A stretch of DNA of 64,000 nt from an uncultured Clostridia bacterium (GTDB lineage Bacteria > Bacillota > Clostridia > Oscillospirales > Ruminococcaceae), in contig CALXAM010000084.1 of the NCBI GenBank assembly GCA_944386285.1, positions 5,572-69,571 of the forward strand. Reading direction: 5' to 3'. Under the pieces are notes generated by a model. The model searched no databases and was not told where the DNA came from. It was given only the letters and a program-made list of their open reading frames with translations. Position numbers and translations under genes: made by a program. Below, piece by piece: positions 35,730 to 45,229 of the stretch (position 1 is the stretch's first letter; each line of letters begins with the position of its first letter).

Positions 35730-36880
35730 AAGAAGGTGATTGCTTGGCGGAGATTCAGAATCTTGAAGATTACCGGAAACAAAAAAAGCAGCAGAGCCGC
35801 AGAAAACGGTGGATTGTCATTGTTTGCATCTTGCTTGCTGCCGCATTGATCGCAGGAATTGCTGCGATTCTGCCGGCTGGTACGATTTCCCGTCTGTTTG
35901 ATGGCGGCGACAGTCATTTTCCGGTTTCTCTTACAGGTGAACAACCGACTGACGTGTGTATGATGGAAAACGGATTTGTCGTCCTTTCAAAATCTTCTCT
36001 CACACTTTATCACATGGATGGAACAGTTCGAACCGAGCAGTTTCACGGATATACCAATCCGGTGATTTGCGAGCAAAACGGCGTTCTTTTGCTGTATGAC
36101 CGCGGCGGTACTTCGTTTTTCACAATGAATTCTTCCGGCGATATTTCCGAGCAGAAAACAGATTTTTCGGTTCTGTGCGGACAAATTGCAAAAGACGGAA
36201 GTGTTGCAATCGCAACGACACATGACCAATATGCTTCCTATGTGCAGGTCTACGATAACAAACTGACGCTTAAATATTGGTTTGGCGCCGCATCCGATAC
36301 GTTTTCCTCACTTGCATTTTCTTCAGACAGCCGCTATCTTTCCGCCTGTGCGATCGATACATCAGAGGGTCTGTTCTGTGCGGATATCTATCAGTTAGAT
36401 ACGCAAACGGAATCAGATGCGACCGTGCAAACCGTTTTAGATCTTCTTCCGCTTTCGATTACCTATTTGGACACACAAACGATCGCAGTTGTGGGTAAAG
36501 ATGCAGTTGCCGTCATAGAGAACGGGAAAGAACCGGTCCGCTATGAATATGAAGGAGAACTCACACAGATGTCGTGTGAATTGCCGGGTGTTGTGACAGT
36601 CGTAACGGAAGTGCAGAAAAACGGTATTTCCTCAATCACAACAATCGGAAAAGAGGGAACAGCCACAGCGTCTGTCGAAATTGAGGATACACCGGTTGAT
36701 CTTGATATTTCTAAAAATCAGCTTGTTTTTCTCGGCAACGAAGCCGTCTATCTTTTAAATAATCAGCTTAACATTACAAAAGAATTTCCGCTGGATCATT
36801 CCGTAGAAAAGATCGCATCCAGCGATGCAGCAATGATTCTATTGGGTGGGGAAGTCATTCAAAAACAGTATATCAGTTAA
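35726..36880 (+). CDS. Membrane-anchored protein of unknown function (DUF5711-like, beta-propeller-like ectodomain)
   Basis: A basic N-terminus is followed by a single TM (WIVIVCILLAAALIAGIAAIL) and about 320 aa of beta-rich sequence. The start is uncertain (TTG 35726 or TTG 35744). Confidence 0.6.
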   Translation: MKEGDCLAEIQNLEDYRKQKKQQSRRKRWIVIVCILLAAALIAGIAAILPAGTISRLFDGGDSHFPVSLTGEQPTDVCMMENGFVVLSKSSLTLYHMDGTVRTEQFHGYTNPVICEQNGVLLLYDRGGTSFFTMNSSGDISEQKTDFSVLCGQIAKDGSVAIATTHDQYASYVQVYDNKLTLKYWFGAASDTFSSLAFSSDSRYLSACAIDTSEGLFCADIYQLDTQTESDATVQTVLDLLPLSITYLDTQTIAVVGKDAVAVIENGKEPVRYEYEGELTQMSCELPGVVTVVTEVQKNGISSITTIGKEGTATASVEIEDTPVDLDISKNQLVFLGNEAVYLLNNQLNITKEFPLDHSVEKIASSDAAMILLGGEVIQKQYIS

Positions 36881-36893
36881 AACGGAGGATTTT

Positions 36894-37604
36894 ATGCAGA
36901 TTGGTTCCATTCTCTTAGATCTGTGTATGGTGGTCATCTTTTTTATCATTGTGATTTCATCATACAAAAAAGGATTTTTGAAAACAGTCACCTTAGCAGC
37001 CGGTACGCTTGTTTCGCTTATATTGGCATTTTGGCTCAGCGGATATGCGGCGGATTTTGTATTTACGACATTTGTTCGTCCCTCAGTGCTGCAAAGCATC
37101 AACGAAGCGATTGTTTCTTCCGGTGCTTCGGCAACCGTTTCCTCGGTATTACCCGCTGTGATTGCTGCGATTCCTGCTTTCTTTTTGAACCCAGTGCTTG
37201 CGCAATTTGGTTCTCAGGAAGCGTTAATTCAGAAAATTACGAGTGAAACCAGTGTGACAATTGATAATCTTGGGGAAGTTATTACAGACAATGTGTTAGA
37301 GCCTGTTATATGCGGATTGCTGCAGATGCTTTTCTGCTTGTTAATTTTCATACTTTGCGTTATAATAATAAAAGCACTTGCTTCTGTGTTTGGCGCAGTG
37401 CGTAGAATACCTGTTGTAGGTACATTGAACGCGGTGTTAGGCGCTGGTGTCGGTGTAATTTTTGCGTTGTCGATTTTGTTTTTACTTGGCCTTGTCGGCG
37501 CATTGTTTATTGCATTTTCAGCGGGCGGCGTTTCATGGTTTAATCAGGAAATAATCGAGAAGAGTGTGATTTATCAATTCTTTTTTGGATTTTTTCATAT
37601 TTAA
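36894..37604 (+). CDS. cvpA: CvpA family membrane protein
   Basis: The start was trimmed to ATG 36894 with a GGAGG SD. The N-terminus ILLDLCMVVIFFIIVISSYKKGFLK is typical of CvpA, and the protein has 4-5 TM. Confidence 0.7.
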   Translation: MQIGSILLDLCMVVIFFIIVISSYKKGFLKTVTLAAGTLVSLILAFWLSGYAADFVFTTFVRPSVLQSINEAIVSSGASATVSSVLPAVIAAIPAFFLNPVLAQFGSQEALIQKITSETSVTIDNLGEVITDNVLEPVICGLLQMLFCLLIFILCVIIIKALASVFGAVRRIPVVGTLNAVLGAGVGVIFALSILFLLGLVGALFIAFSAGGVSWFNQEIIEKSVIYQFFFGFFHI

Positions 37605-37619
37605 AAGAGGGTGCTTTTT

Positions 37620-38174
37620 ATGACAATACCAAATTTGCTTTCCTGTTTTCGTATTATACTCATTCCGGTGTTCATTGTTCTTTACATAAACGTACCGGAC
37701 GATCAAATTGCACTTTGGCCGATTCTGGTGTTAATTCTGTCGGGAATTACAGATATGCTCGATGGATTTATTGCCCGTCGTTTCAATATGATTTCTGATC
37801 TTGGAAAAATGCTTGATCCGGTAGCGGATAAGTTGACACAGGCAGCAGTAATCGGTTGTCTGATGTTCCGTTTTCCGGAGCTTGTCGTTTTGTTCGTTGT
37901 ATATGTGATCAAAGAGCTTGCAATGATGATCGGCGGACTGGTCATGCTCAAAGGAAAAAGAAAACGCGTTCCTTATGCAAAATGGTATGGGAAGGTTTCT
38001 ACTTTTGAAATGTATTTGGCGATGGCACTGCTTTTAATCTTCCCTGCAATCGGAAAACATCCGGTTGGAATTTGGACGATCATTGCAGTTTCCATGTTCT
38101 TAGTGATTTTTGCGCTTGTAAAATATCTGATTGATTATTTGAAAACACCTGCATGTGAGGGAGAATCAAAATGA
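37620..38174 (+). CDS. CDP-alcohol phosphatidyltransferase family protein (PgsA-like)
   Basis: The signature DGxxAR...G...D...D is seen as DMLDGFIARRFNMISDLGKMLDPVADK. The start was trimmed to ATG 37620. Confidence 0.85.
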   Translation: MTIPNLLSCFRIILIPVFIVLYINVPDDQIALWPILVLILSGITDMLDGFIARRFNMISDLGKMLDPVADKLTQAAVIGCLMFRFPELVVLFVVYVIKELAMMIGGLVMLKGKRKRVPYAKWYGKVSTFEMYLAMALLLIFPAIGKHPVGIWTIIAVSMFLVIFALVKYLIDYLKTPACEGESK

Positions 38175-40429
38175 TTTGTAGTAAATGCAAAAAACGTCCG
38201 GCCGTTGTATTTGTACAGCGGATGGAAAATGGTCAGCCGGTCAGTGAAGGACTGTGCTGGGTCTGTGCCAAAGAAGCAGGTTTGCCTCAGGCAGAGCAGA
38301 TTATGAAACAAATGGGCATTACCGATGAAGAAATGGAAGCGATGAGCGAGCAGCTGATGGAGCTTGCGGACGGTGATTCCTTCGAGCCGGGCGGCGCCGG
38401 AACAATGCCTGACTTTTTACAGAATTTATTCGGAGGCGCAAATCCGCTTGCACAGAATACGGCTGAACCACAAGCAGAAAAAAATAGTAATGCCAAAGGA
38501 AAAGATCAAAAGAAAAAGAAATATAAGTTTTTGGAGTCCTACTGCACCAATTTATGTGAAAAAGCGCGCAACGGCAAACTCGATCAAATCATCGGACGTG
38601 ACCGTGAGATTTACCGCGTCATTCAGATTTTAAGCCGTCGGACGAAGAACAACCCCTGTTTGATTGGCGAGCCGGGTGTCGGTAAAACGGCGATTGCAGA
38701 GGGAATTGCACAGCGGATCGTTTCAAAGGAGGTACCGTTCCATCTGCAGGGAAAAGAACTCTATCTTTTGGATATGACCGCAATGGTCGCCGGCACACAG
38801 TTCCGCGGTCAGTTTGAAAGCCGTGTGAAAGGGTTAATTGACGATATTAAAGCTGCGGGAAATGTGATTTTATTTATTGATGAAGTGCATACACTCATCG
38901 GTACAGGCGATTCCGAAGGGTCCATGAGTGCGGCAAATATTATGAAACCGGCGCTTTCCCGCGGTGAAATTCAGGTAATCGGTGCTACGACATTTAATGA
39001 ATATCGTAAAAATATTGAAAAAGATTCTGCTTTGGAGCGGCGTTTCCAGCCGGTTACGGTAAAGGAGCCCTCCATTGATGAATCGATTGAAGTTTTGCGC
39101 GGAATCAAGCAATATTATGAACAGCATCATCACGTCAAAGTTTCGGATGAAATTGTAAAACTTTCGGTCATCTGGTCTGAGCGGTACATTTCTGACCGTT
39201 TCTTACCGGATAAGGCAATCGACTTGCTTGATGAGGCGTGTGCGTGTGCATCCCTTGAGAGCAAAGAACTTTCTGATTACGCAAAGCTGAACGAACAGCT
39301 GCACGCATTGACAAAAGAAGAAACGGAATTAAGCGAAGCCGCTGAGAATCCAGATTTTGAACGGATTGCACAGGTAAAGGCAGAGCTGATTCGCGTAAAA
39401 GATGAGATAAAACCGCTTGAAGCAGCAATTGAGAACATTCCTGTTACTGTTTCTGATCTTGCAAAAGTCATTGAGCTGAGCACGGGAATTCCTGCGAATA
39501 AAGTCGCTGAAGATGATTATCAGAAAATCATTCATTTGGAGGAGCAGCTCAATCGCCGCATCATCGGTCAGCCGGAAGCAGTCAGCCAGGTTGTACGCGC
39601 AATCAAACGCAGCCGTTTGCAGCTTTCCACGAAAAAACGTCCGGCATCGTTTATCTTTGTCGGTCCGACCGGTGTAGGCAAGACAGAGCTTGTAAAGGTG
39701 CTGTCTGCGGCACTGTTTGATTCCGTAGATCCTGTACTGCGTTTTGATATGTCAGAATTCATGGAGAAACATACGGTTGCTCGTTTGATTGGTGCGCCTC
39801 CCGGATATGTGGGTTATGACGAGGCAGGCCAGCTTACCGAAAAAGTACGCAGAAAGCCATATTCCGTCGTCTTGTTTGATGAGATTGAAAAAGCACATCC
39901 GGACGTCATGAATATTTTGCTGCAAATCTTGGATGAGGGAAGAATCAGCGATGCGCAGGGCCGTGAGGTGAACTTTGAGAATACGGTGATTGTAATGACT
40001 TCCAATGCCGGTTCAAGTGATCAAAGTGCACTGCTTGGATTTAATCGCACGGCAAATGACATGGACAAAGAAAAGGCAATGAATGCACTTTCTTCGTTCC
40101 TTCGTCCGGAATTTTTAGGCCGTGTTGATGAAGTAATCGTATTTAATCGGTTGACGCTTGAAAATCTTTCTGAAATTTCGGGTATACTATTAGAGGAATT
40201 AGCACAGGCACTGAAAGAAAAGAATATCCGTTTGTGCTATGACGATCAAGCAAAGAGAAAAATTGCTGAATTGGCAGGCGGCGGAAAATATAATGCACGT
40301 GATCTTCGGAAGGTGATTCGTCACGAAATTGAAGATCCGATTGCGCAATATCTAATCGATCATTTTGCAGATCACGTGGAAGCAATTTCCGTTACTGCAG
40401 ATGATACGCTCCGCTTAACATTCATGTAA
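38171..40429 (+). CDS. AAA+ Clp/Hsp100 ATPase, ClpE-like (N-terminal Cys4 zinc ribbon, two AAA+ modules)
   Basis: Seen: N-terminal CSKC...CWVC, Walker A motifs GEPGVGKTA and GPTGVGKTE, Walker B motifs ILFIDEVH and [11 protein letters not shown], and a candidate ClpP-docking LGF tripeptide (ALLGFNR). Confidence 0.88.
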   Translation: MICSKCKKRPAVVFVQRMENGQPVSEGLCWVCAKEAGLPQAEQIMKQMGITDEEMEAMSEQLMELADGDSFEPGGAGTMPDFLQNLFGGANPLAQNTAEPQAEKNSNAKGKDQKKKKYKFLESYCTNLCEKARNGKLDQIIGRDREIYRVIQILSRRTKNNPCLIGEPGVGKTAIAEGIAQRIVSKEVPFHLQGKELYLLDMTAMVAGTQFRGQFESRVKGLIDDIKAAGNVILFIDEVHTLIGTGDSEGSMSAANIMKPALSRGEIQVIGATTFNEYRKNIEKDSALERRFQPVTVKEPSIDESIEVLRGIKQYYEQHHHVKVSDEIVKLSVIWSERYISDRFLPDKAIDLLDEACACASLESKELSDYAKLNEQLHALTKEETELSEAAENPDFERIAQVKAELIRVKDEIKPLEAAIENIPVTVSDLAKVIELSTGIPANKVAEDDYQKIIHLEEQLNRRIIGQPEAVSQVVRAIKRSRLQLSTKKRPASFIFVGPTGVGKTELVKVLSAALFDSVDPVLRFDMSEFMEKHTVARLIGAPPGYVGYDEAGQLTEKVRRKPYSVVLFDEIEKAHPDVMNILLQILDEGRISDAQGREVNFENTVIVMTSNAGSSDQSALLGFNRTANDMDKEKAMNALSSFLRPEFLGRVDEVIVFNRLTLENLSEISGILLEELAQALKEKNIRLCYDDQAKRKIAELAGGGKYNARDLRKVIRHEIEDPIAQYLIDHFADHVEAISVTADDTLRLTFM

Positions 40430-40460
40430 TTCTTTTTGCAAATTTTGAGGAGAATGATGG

Positions 40461-40904
40461 ATGAAAAAACAAAGTATTGTTCTATTAGTGATGTTGGCTG
40501 TTTCTGTAGTATTCGCAGTCATTTGCGGCGGATGTTTACCCAAAACGCTGCAGGATGGCACATATACAGCCAAAATGGCGTCCGCAGATGAACACGGATG
40601 GACAGAAACACTAACATTAACCGTAAAAAATGGGGCAATCGTCGAAGCGGATTGCGATGCAATCAACGCAGACGGAAAGAGAAAATCAGAAGATGAAGAG
40701 TACAACAAGACAATGGAGAGCTTTGGAAGCGAAACAAAACCGAGCAAATTTTATCCGGAGCTTGAGCAGGGTCTTGTGAATACGCAGAAAGTAGACGCGG
40801 TGGCAGGAGCAACCACTTCTTCGGATGCGATGGAGAAGCTTTACAATGCGCTTGTTCCGAACATGGAAAAAGGAGACACTTCCGAGGTTTCTGTTACACC
40901 GTAA
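40461..40904 (+). CDS. FMN-binding domain lipoprotein (predicted ApbE substrate)
   Basis: The signal peptide ends in AVICGGC. The single FMN_bind-like domain carries a flavinylation-type motif, VDAVAGATTSS. Confidence 0.8.
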   Translation: MKKQSIVLLVMLAVSVVFAVICGGCLPKTLQDGTYTAKMASADEHGWTETLTLTVKNGAIVEADCDAINADGKRKSEDEEYNKTMESFGSETKPSKFYPELEQGLVNTQKVDAVAGATTSSDAMEKLYNALVPNMEKGDTSEVSVTP

Positions 40905-40930
40905 CCGTCTGATTGAAAATGAACAGCTTG

Positions 40931-40974
40931 CAGGAAACATTTACACATAACGTGTAAATGTTTCCTGTGTTTTC
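40931..40974 (+). terminator. Strong intra-operon hairpin (partial terminator or mRNA-stabilising element) between the FMN-binding gene and apbE
   Basis: A perfect 16-bp stem (caggaaacatttacac 40931-40946 with gtgtaaatgtttcctg 40952-40967) has a 5-nt loop and is followed by TGTTTTC. Confidence 0.6.
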
Positions 40975-40985
40975 AGGAGGTATTC

Positions 40986-42026
40986 ATGGCAAAAAGAAAA
41001 TGGGCCGGCGTTTTTTTAGCTTGTGTGGCGATATTATGTTCCGGTTGTTCCAAACCGTCACCCACATATTCTGAGTGTTATGTGATGGATACACAGATTA
41101 CACAGCAAGTGTACGGACGCAATGCACAAAAAGCGTGTGACGCGGTCAATACACGGCTAAAGGAATTAGAATCACTGCTTTCGCTTTACGTTCCGACATC
41201 GCAGATCAGTAAAATCAATGAAAATGCCGGAAAATCTCCTGTAAAGGTGGATGACTATACATTTAATTTGCTGCAAAAAGGTGTATTTTTCAGTGAGCAG
41301 TCCAACGGATTATTTGATATTACGATTGCGCCGCTGTCCACGCTTTGGGGGATTACATCCGATCATCCGAAAGTGCCGTCAGAAGAGGAAATTGCAGATT
41401 GCTTACGTCTTGTGAACATTGAAAACCTTGTATTGGATGAAGAAAATCACACGGCTTTTTTAAAAGAAGAGGGAATGGCGATTGATTTAGGCGGAATTGC
41501 GAAAGGATATTTCTGCGAAGAAATCAAAGCGATCTATACAGAATATGAAGTGGACTCTGCACTCATTTCAATTGGCGGGAATATCTATACGTACCATCAA
41601 AAACCCGACGGTACCTCTTATCGGCTTGGCATTCGGAATCCGCTGTCTGATTCTGCGAATGATTTGATGGGGATTCTTACTTCCCATGATGAAGTGGTCG
41701 CCACGACTGGAACATATGAACGTTATTTTGTGCAAGACGGTGTGCGGTATCATCATATTCTCGATTTGGAAACAGGATATCCTTGTGACTCGGATCTCAT
41801 TTCTGTGACGGTTGTCTCCAATGACGGCGCACTGGCGGATGCACTTTCCACAACCCTGTTTTTAGCAGGGAAAGAGGCCATTCCTTCTTACATCAATCAT
41901 TCCGATTTTTCCGTCATTGTGATTGATGAAGACAATCGTGTGTATGTTTCGCCGTCACTTGCAGATCGTTTTACCATTGAAAACGATACGTTTACACTTG
42001 CGGATGAATTTGAGGAAGCAGCATGA
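40986..42026 (+). CDS. apbE: FAD:protein FMN transferase (ApbE family), probable lipoprotein
   Basis: The signal peptide ends in ILCSGCS. The ApbE-like core has AIDLGGIAKG and a C-terminal ADALSTT motif. Confidence 0.88.
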   Translation: MAKRKWAGVFLACVAILCSGCSKPSPTYSECYVMDTQITQQVYGRNAQKACDAVNTRLKELESLLSLYVPTSQISKINENAGKSPVKVDDYTFNLLQKGVFFSEQSNGLFDITIAPLSTLWGITSDHPKVPSEEEIADCLRLVNIENLVLDEENHTAFLKEEGMAIDLGGIAKGYFCEEIKAIYTEYEVDSALISIGGNIYTYHQKPDGTSYRLGIRNPLSDSANDLMGILTSHDEVVATTGTYERYFVQDGVRYHHILDLETGYPCDSDLISVTVVSNDGALADALSTTLFLAGKEAIPSYINHSDFSVIVIDEDNRVYVSPSLADRFTIENDTFTLADEFEEAA

Positions 42027-42415
42027 AAGCAGAGCAGCAAAAACGAAAAATCATTTCAAAAGGCGGTATCATTGTCTTACTCATTGTAATTGTCGTGTCT
42101 GTGCTGATTTGGTGGATGTTTTCTAAAAAAGATGATTCGATCGGGACTGCACAGATCATGTTAGATGGAAATGTAGTCAAATTGATCGATCTTTCGACTG
42201 CAAAGGACACAACCTTTACACTTGAAAATTGCGAAAATGTGCACTTTGAGATTCAAAATCATCAAATTCGCTTTGTGAATGTCGAATGTCCCGATCATTT
42301 ATGTGAAAAATTTGGATTTCTTTCGCATCCTGGAGAAACTGCAGTTTGTATGCCAAATCGTGTATCGGTGACGATTATCGGAACAGACAGCAAAACAGAC
42401 ACAATTGTGAATTAA
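42023..42415 (+). CDS. NusG domain II-containing membrane-anchored protein (DUF1312-like)
   Basis: An N-terminal TM is followed by a beta-rich domain ending in ECPDHLCEKFGFLSHPGETAVCMPNRVSV, the characteristic CxxxxC...C motif of this family. The start overlaps the apbE stop in an ATGA arrangement. Confidence 0.75.
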   Translation: MKAEQQKRKIISKGGIIVLLIVIVVSVLIWWMFSKKDDSIGTAQIMLDGNVVKLIDLSTAKDTTFTLENCENVHFEIQNHQIRFVNVECPDHLCEKFGFLSHPGETAVCMPNRVSVTIIGTDSKTDTIVN

Positions 42416-42429
42416 AAGGCGGGGAAGCA

Positions 42430-42987
42430 ATGAAAAACAGAATTTCGATCCGGACACTTACAACCACCGCACTGTTATTTGCGCTGTCGGTTGTACTGAT
42501 GATTTTAGAGAATCTGATTCCGCCGATTCCGACACTGCCGCCGGGCGTAAAACTCGGACTATCCAATGTTGTCATTATGTACTCACTTTTTTACTTTGGA
42601 AAGCCGCGCACTTTTTTGCTGTTTGGCTTAAAAGTTGGCTTTGTGCTCATCACTCGTGGTGTGACTGCTTGCTTTTTAAGTGCGGCAGGCGGTTTTTTCT
42701 CTATTTTGGTGATGAGTTTGCTGCTTGCATTGCAAAAAGTAAAGCTTTCGTATATAATGATAAGTGTTTGCGCGGCGGTTACACACAATGCAGCCCAGCT
42801 TACTGCCGCAAGTCTTCTTTTATCAAGTACAGCGGTGTTTTATTATACGCCGCTGCTTGTCATATCAGGCGTTTTCATGGGGATTCTTACCGGCACGCTG
42901 CTTCGTGTCATGATGCCTGCAATGAAACGGTTAGACCGTGAAAACCAACAAAATCTTACTTCAGGGAGGTCAAAATGGCTATCATAA
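42430..42987 (+). CDS. Gx transporter family protein (formerly annotated heptaprenyl diphosphate synthase component I)
   Basis: The start was trimmed to ATG 42430. The protein has about 5 TM, and the N-terminal motif ALLFALSVVLMILENLIPPIPTLPPGVKLGLSNVV is typical of this family. Confidence 0.75.
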   Translation: MKNRISIRTLTTTALLFALSVVLMILENLIPPIPTLPPGVKLGLSNVVIMYSLFYFGKPRTFLLFGLKVGFVLITRGVTACFLSAAGGFFSILVMSLLLALQKVKLSYIMISVCAAVTHNAAQLTAASLLLSSTAVFYYTPLLVISGVFMGILTGTLLRVMMPAMKRLDRENQQNLTSGRSKWLS

Positions 42988-44303
42988 AAAGCAGAAAGTG
43001 TTTAGCGGGTGCGCATGTTGCACACCATAAAAACACCACGGAAAAAGAAACAAAGCAGCTTCCGCTTTCCAAAAAAGTGACCATTCCGCTGCTTCAGCAC
43101 ATGGGTGCGCCATGCGAGCCGCTTGTGAAAAAAGGCGATCACGTATGTACAGGTCAGAAGATCGGTGACAACAGCGCATTTTTCTCCGTGCCGGTTCACG
43201 CAAGCTGCTCTGGCGTTGTGGAGGACATTGTTTCGTTTACCAATATTGTCGGTGCCACATGCAAAGCGGTTGTGCTTGCAGTTGATGAGGAACAACAGCA
43301 AGCACCTGTCAGCCGTCCTGTCATTGAAACACGTGAACAGTTTCTGGATGCCGTCCGGGAAAGCGGACTCGTTGGATTGGGCGGCGCGGGATTTCCGGCG
43401 CATGTGAAATTCGGCTATCGTGACATTGACAAAGTGGACACGCTTGTCGTCAATGCCGCAGAATGTGAACCGTATATCACAGCGGATTACCGCACCTGTA
43501 TCGAAGCGAGGCAGGATATTGTGGACGGTGTACGTGCCATCTGCAAATTCTTGAATTTAAGCCGTGTATTTATCGGGATTGAAGACAATAAAGCGTTTGC
43601 AATGGAAGTCCTTGACGAAGCATTTTCACCGGAAGATCATGTGACGGTCGTTTCGCTGCCTTCCGTATATCCGCAAGGTGCAGAAAAGTCGATTATTTAT
43701 GCAACAACCGGCATCACTGTCCCGCGCGGCAAGCTTCCGGCAGACTGCGGCGTGATTGTTTCAAACGTATCTTCTGTTGCGCATCTCGGCCGGTATTTAA
43801 AAACCGGAATGCCGCTGATTGAAAAACGGATTACAGTGGATGGCGACGCGGTTTCTGATCCGCAGAATCTGATGGTGCGAATCGGCACACCGGTTCGGGA
43901 TATCCTCACTTACTGCCATGTTTCGGAAGACGATTGCGGTAAGGTGCTGATGGGCGGTCCCATGATGGGATCTGCACTCGCAGATATTGACGCGCCGATC
44001 GTGAAAAACAACAACGCTGTGACCTGCTTTTTGGAAAAATCGTCATTGCTCCCGAAAACAACGGCATGTATTCGGTGCTCGAAATGTATCGGTGTCTGCC
44101 CGATGCGCTTAATGCCGGCAAAACTTGAAAAAGCATATGACAAACGAGATGCAGAACAGCTCGAGCGTCTTTGTGTCGATCTTTGCATCAACTGCGGCTG
44201 CTGCTCCTTTGTATGTCCGGCAAAACGCCATCTGGCACAGAAAAATCAGCTTGCAAAAGCGTTTTTGAAAGAACTCAAAAGCAAGGAGGACAAAAAGGCA
44301 TGA
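42975..44303 (+). CDS. rnfC: Rnf electron transport complex subunit C
   Basis: Seen: the NADH/FMN-binding core GLGGAGFP and two 4Fe-4S motifs (CIRCSKCIGVCP and CINCGCCSFVCP). Confidence 0.93.
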   Translation: MAIIKSRKCLAGAHVAHHKNTTEKETKQLPLSKKVTIPLLQHMGAPCEPLVKKGDHVCTGQKIGDNSAFFSVPVHASCSGVVEDIVSFTNIVGATCKAVVLAVDEEQQQAPVSRPVIETREQFLDAVRESGLVGLGGAGFPAHVKFGYRDIDKVDTLVVNAAECEPYITADYRTCIEARQDIVDGVRAICKFLNLSRVFIGIEDNKAFAMEVLDEAFSPEDHVTVVSLPSVYPQGAEKSIIYATTGITVPRGKLPADCGVIVSNVSSVAHLGRYLKTGMPLIEKRITVDGDAVSDPQNLMVRIGTPVRDILTYCHVSEDDCGKVLMGGPMMGSALADIDAPIVKNNNAVTCFLEKSSLLPKTTACIRCSKCIGVCPMRLMPAKLEKAYDKRDAEQLERLCVDLCINCGCCSFVCPAKRHLAQKNQLAKAFLKELKSKEDKKA

Positions 44304-45229
44304 GTAAATGGACTGTTTCCCCGTCGCCGCATATGCTGTCGTCCAATTCGACGTCAAATATCATGTTTGACGTGATTGTGGCGCTGTTTCCGGCGTTGCT
44401 TGTGGGCATTTATGTGTTCGGACCGCGTGCGCTGATTGTAACACTTGTGTGTGTTGCAGCGTGTATGCTGTCTGAATTTGTGATTCGCAAGCTGATGAAG
44501 CGCGACAATACACTCGGTGATTTCAGTGCGATTGTCACTGGTATTTTGCTGGCGTTTAACCTGCCGCCTCAGATTCCGCTGTGGGTGGCAGCACTCGGTT
44601 CCGTATTCGCAATCGTTGTCGTCAAACAGTTGTTTGGCGGAATCGGACAGAACTTCGCAAACCCTGCGATCACAGCAAGAATCTTTTTGTTTGTTTCGTT
44701 CTCCACGTATATGACAACCTGGACGGTACCGTTCGGTTATCAGCATATGGCGGACGCAGTTGCAAGCGCGACACCGCTTGTGGATATTGCTTCTGCAAAT
44801 ACGCTTGATCTGTTTTTAGGAAATGTCAGCGGCTGTATCGGTGAAGTCAGTGCGGCAGCGCTGCTGTTGGGCGGCATTTATCTTTCGATTCGCCGTGTGA
44901 TCAATCCGCTCGTACCGCTTACATTTATCGGTACGGTATTCGTATTTACATGGGTGCTCGGAGAAAATCCAGTCAACCACATTTTTGCAGGCGGCTTGAT
45001 GCTTGGCGCCATTTTCATGGCAACCGATTATTCGACCACACCGGCAACGCTTAGAGGAAAGCTCATCTTTGCGTTTGGATGCGGTGTGATCACAACACTT
45101 ATTCGTGTGTTCGGATCGTATCCGGAAGGTGTTTCATTTGCAATTCTGCTGATGAATCTTATTACACCGCTGATTGACCGCTGCACGCAGACAAAACCGT
45201 TTGGAGCAGGAGGGAAACAGCATGTATAA
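44300..45229 (+). CDS. rnfD: Rnf complex subunit D
   Basis: The start was trimmed to ATG 44300 (ATGA overlap with rnfC), giving MSKWTVSPSPH. The protein is polytopic and carries the flavinylation-type motif DAVASATPL. Confidence 0.92.
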   Translation: MSKWTVSPSPHMLSSNSTSNIMFDVIVALFPALLVGIYVFGPRALIVTLVCVAACMLSEFVIRKLMKRDNTLGDFSAIVTGILLAFNLPPQIPLWVAALGSVFAIVVVKQLFGGIGQNFANPAITARIFLFVSFSTYMTTWTVPFGYQHMADAVASATPLVDIASANTLDLFLGNVSGCIGEVSAAALLLGGIYLSIRRVINPLVPLTFIGTVFVFTWVLGENPVNHIFAGGLMLGAIFMATDYSTTPATLRGKLIFAFGCGVITTLIRVFGSYPEGVSFAILLMNLITPLIDRCTQTKPFGAGGKQHV

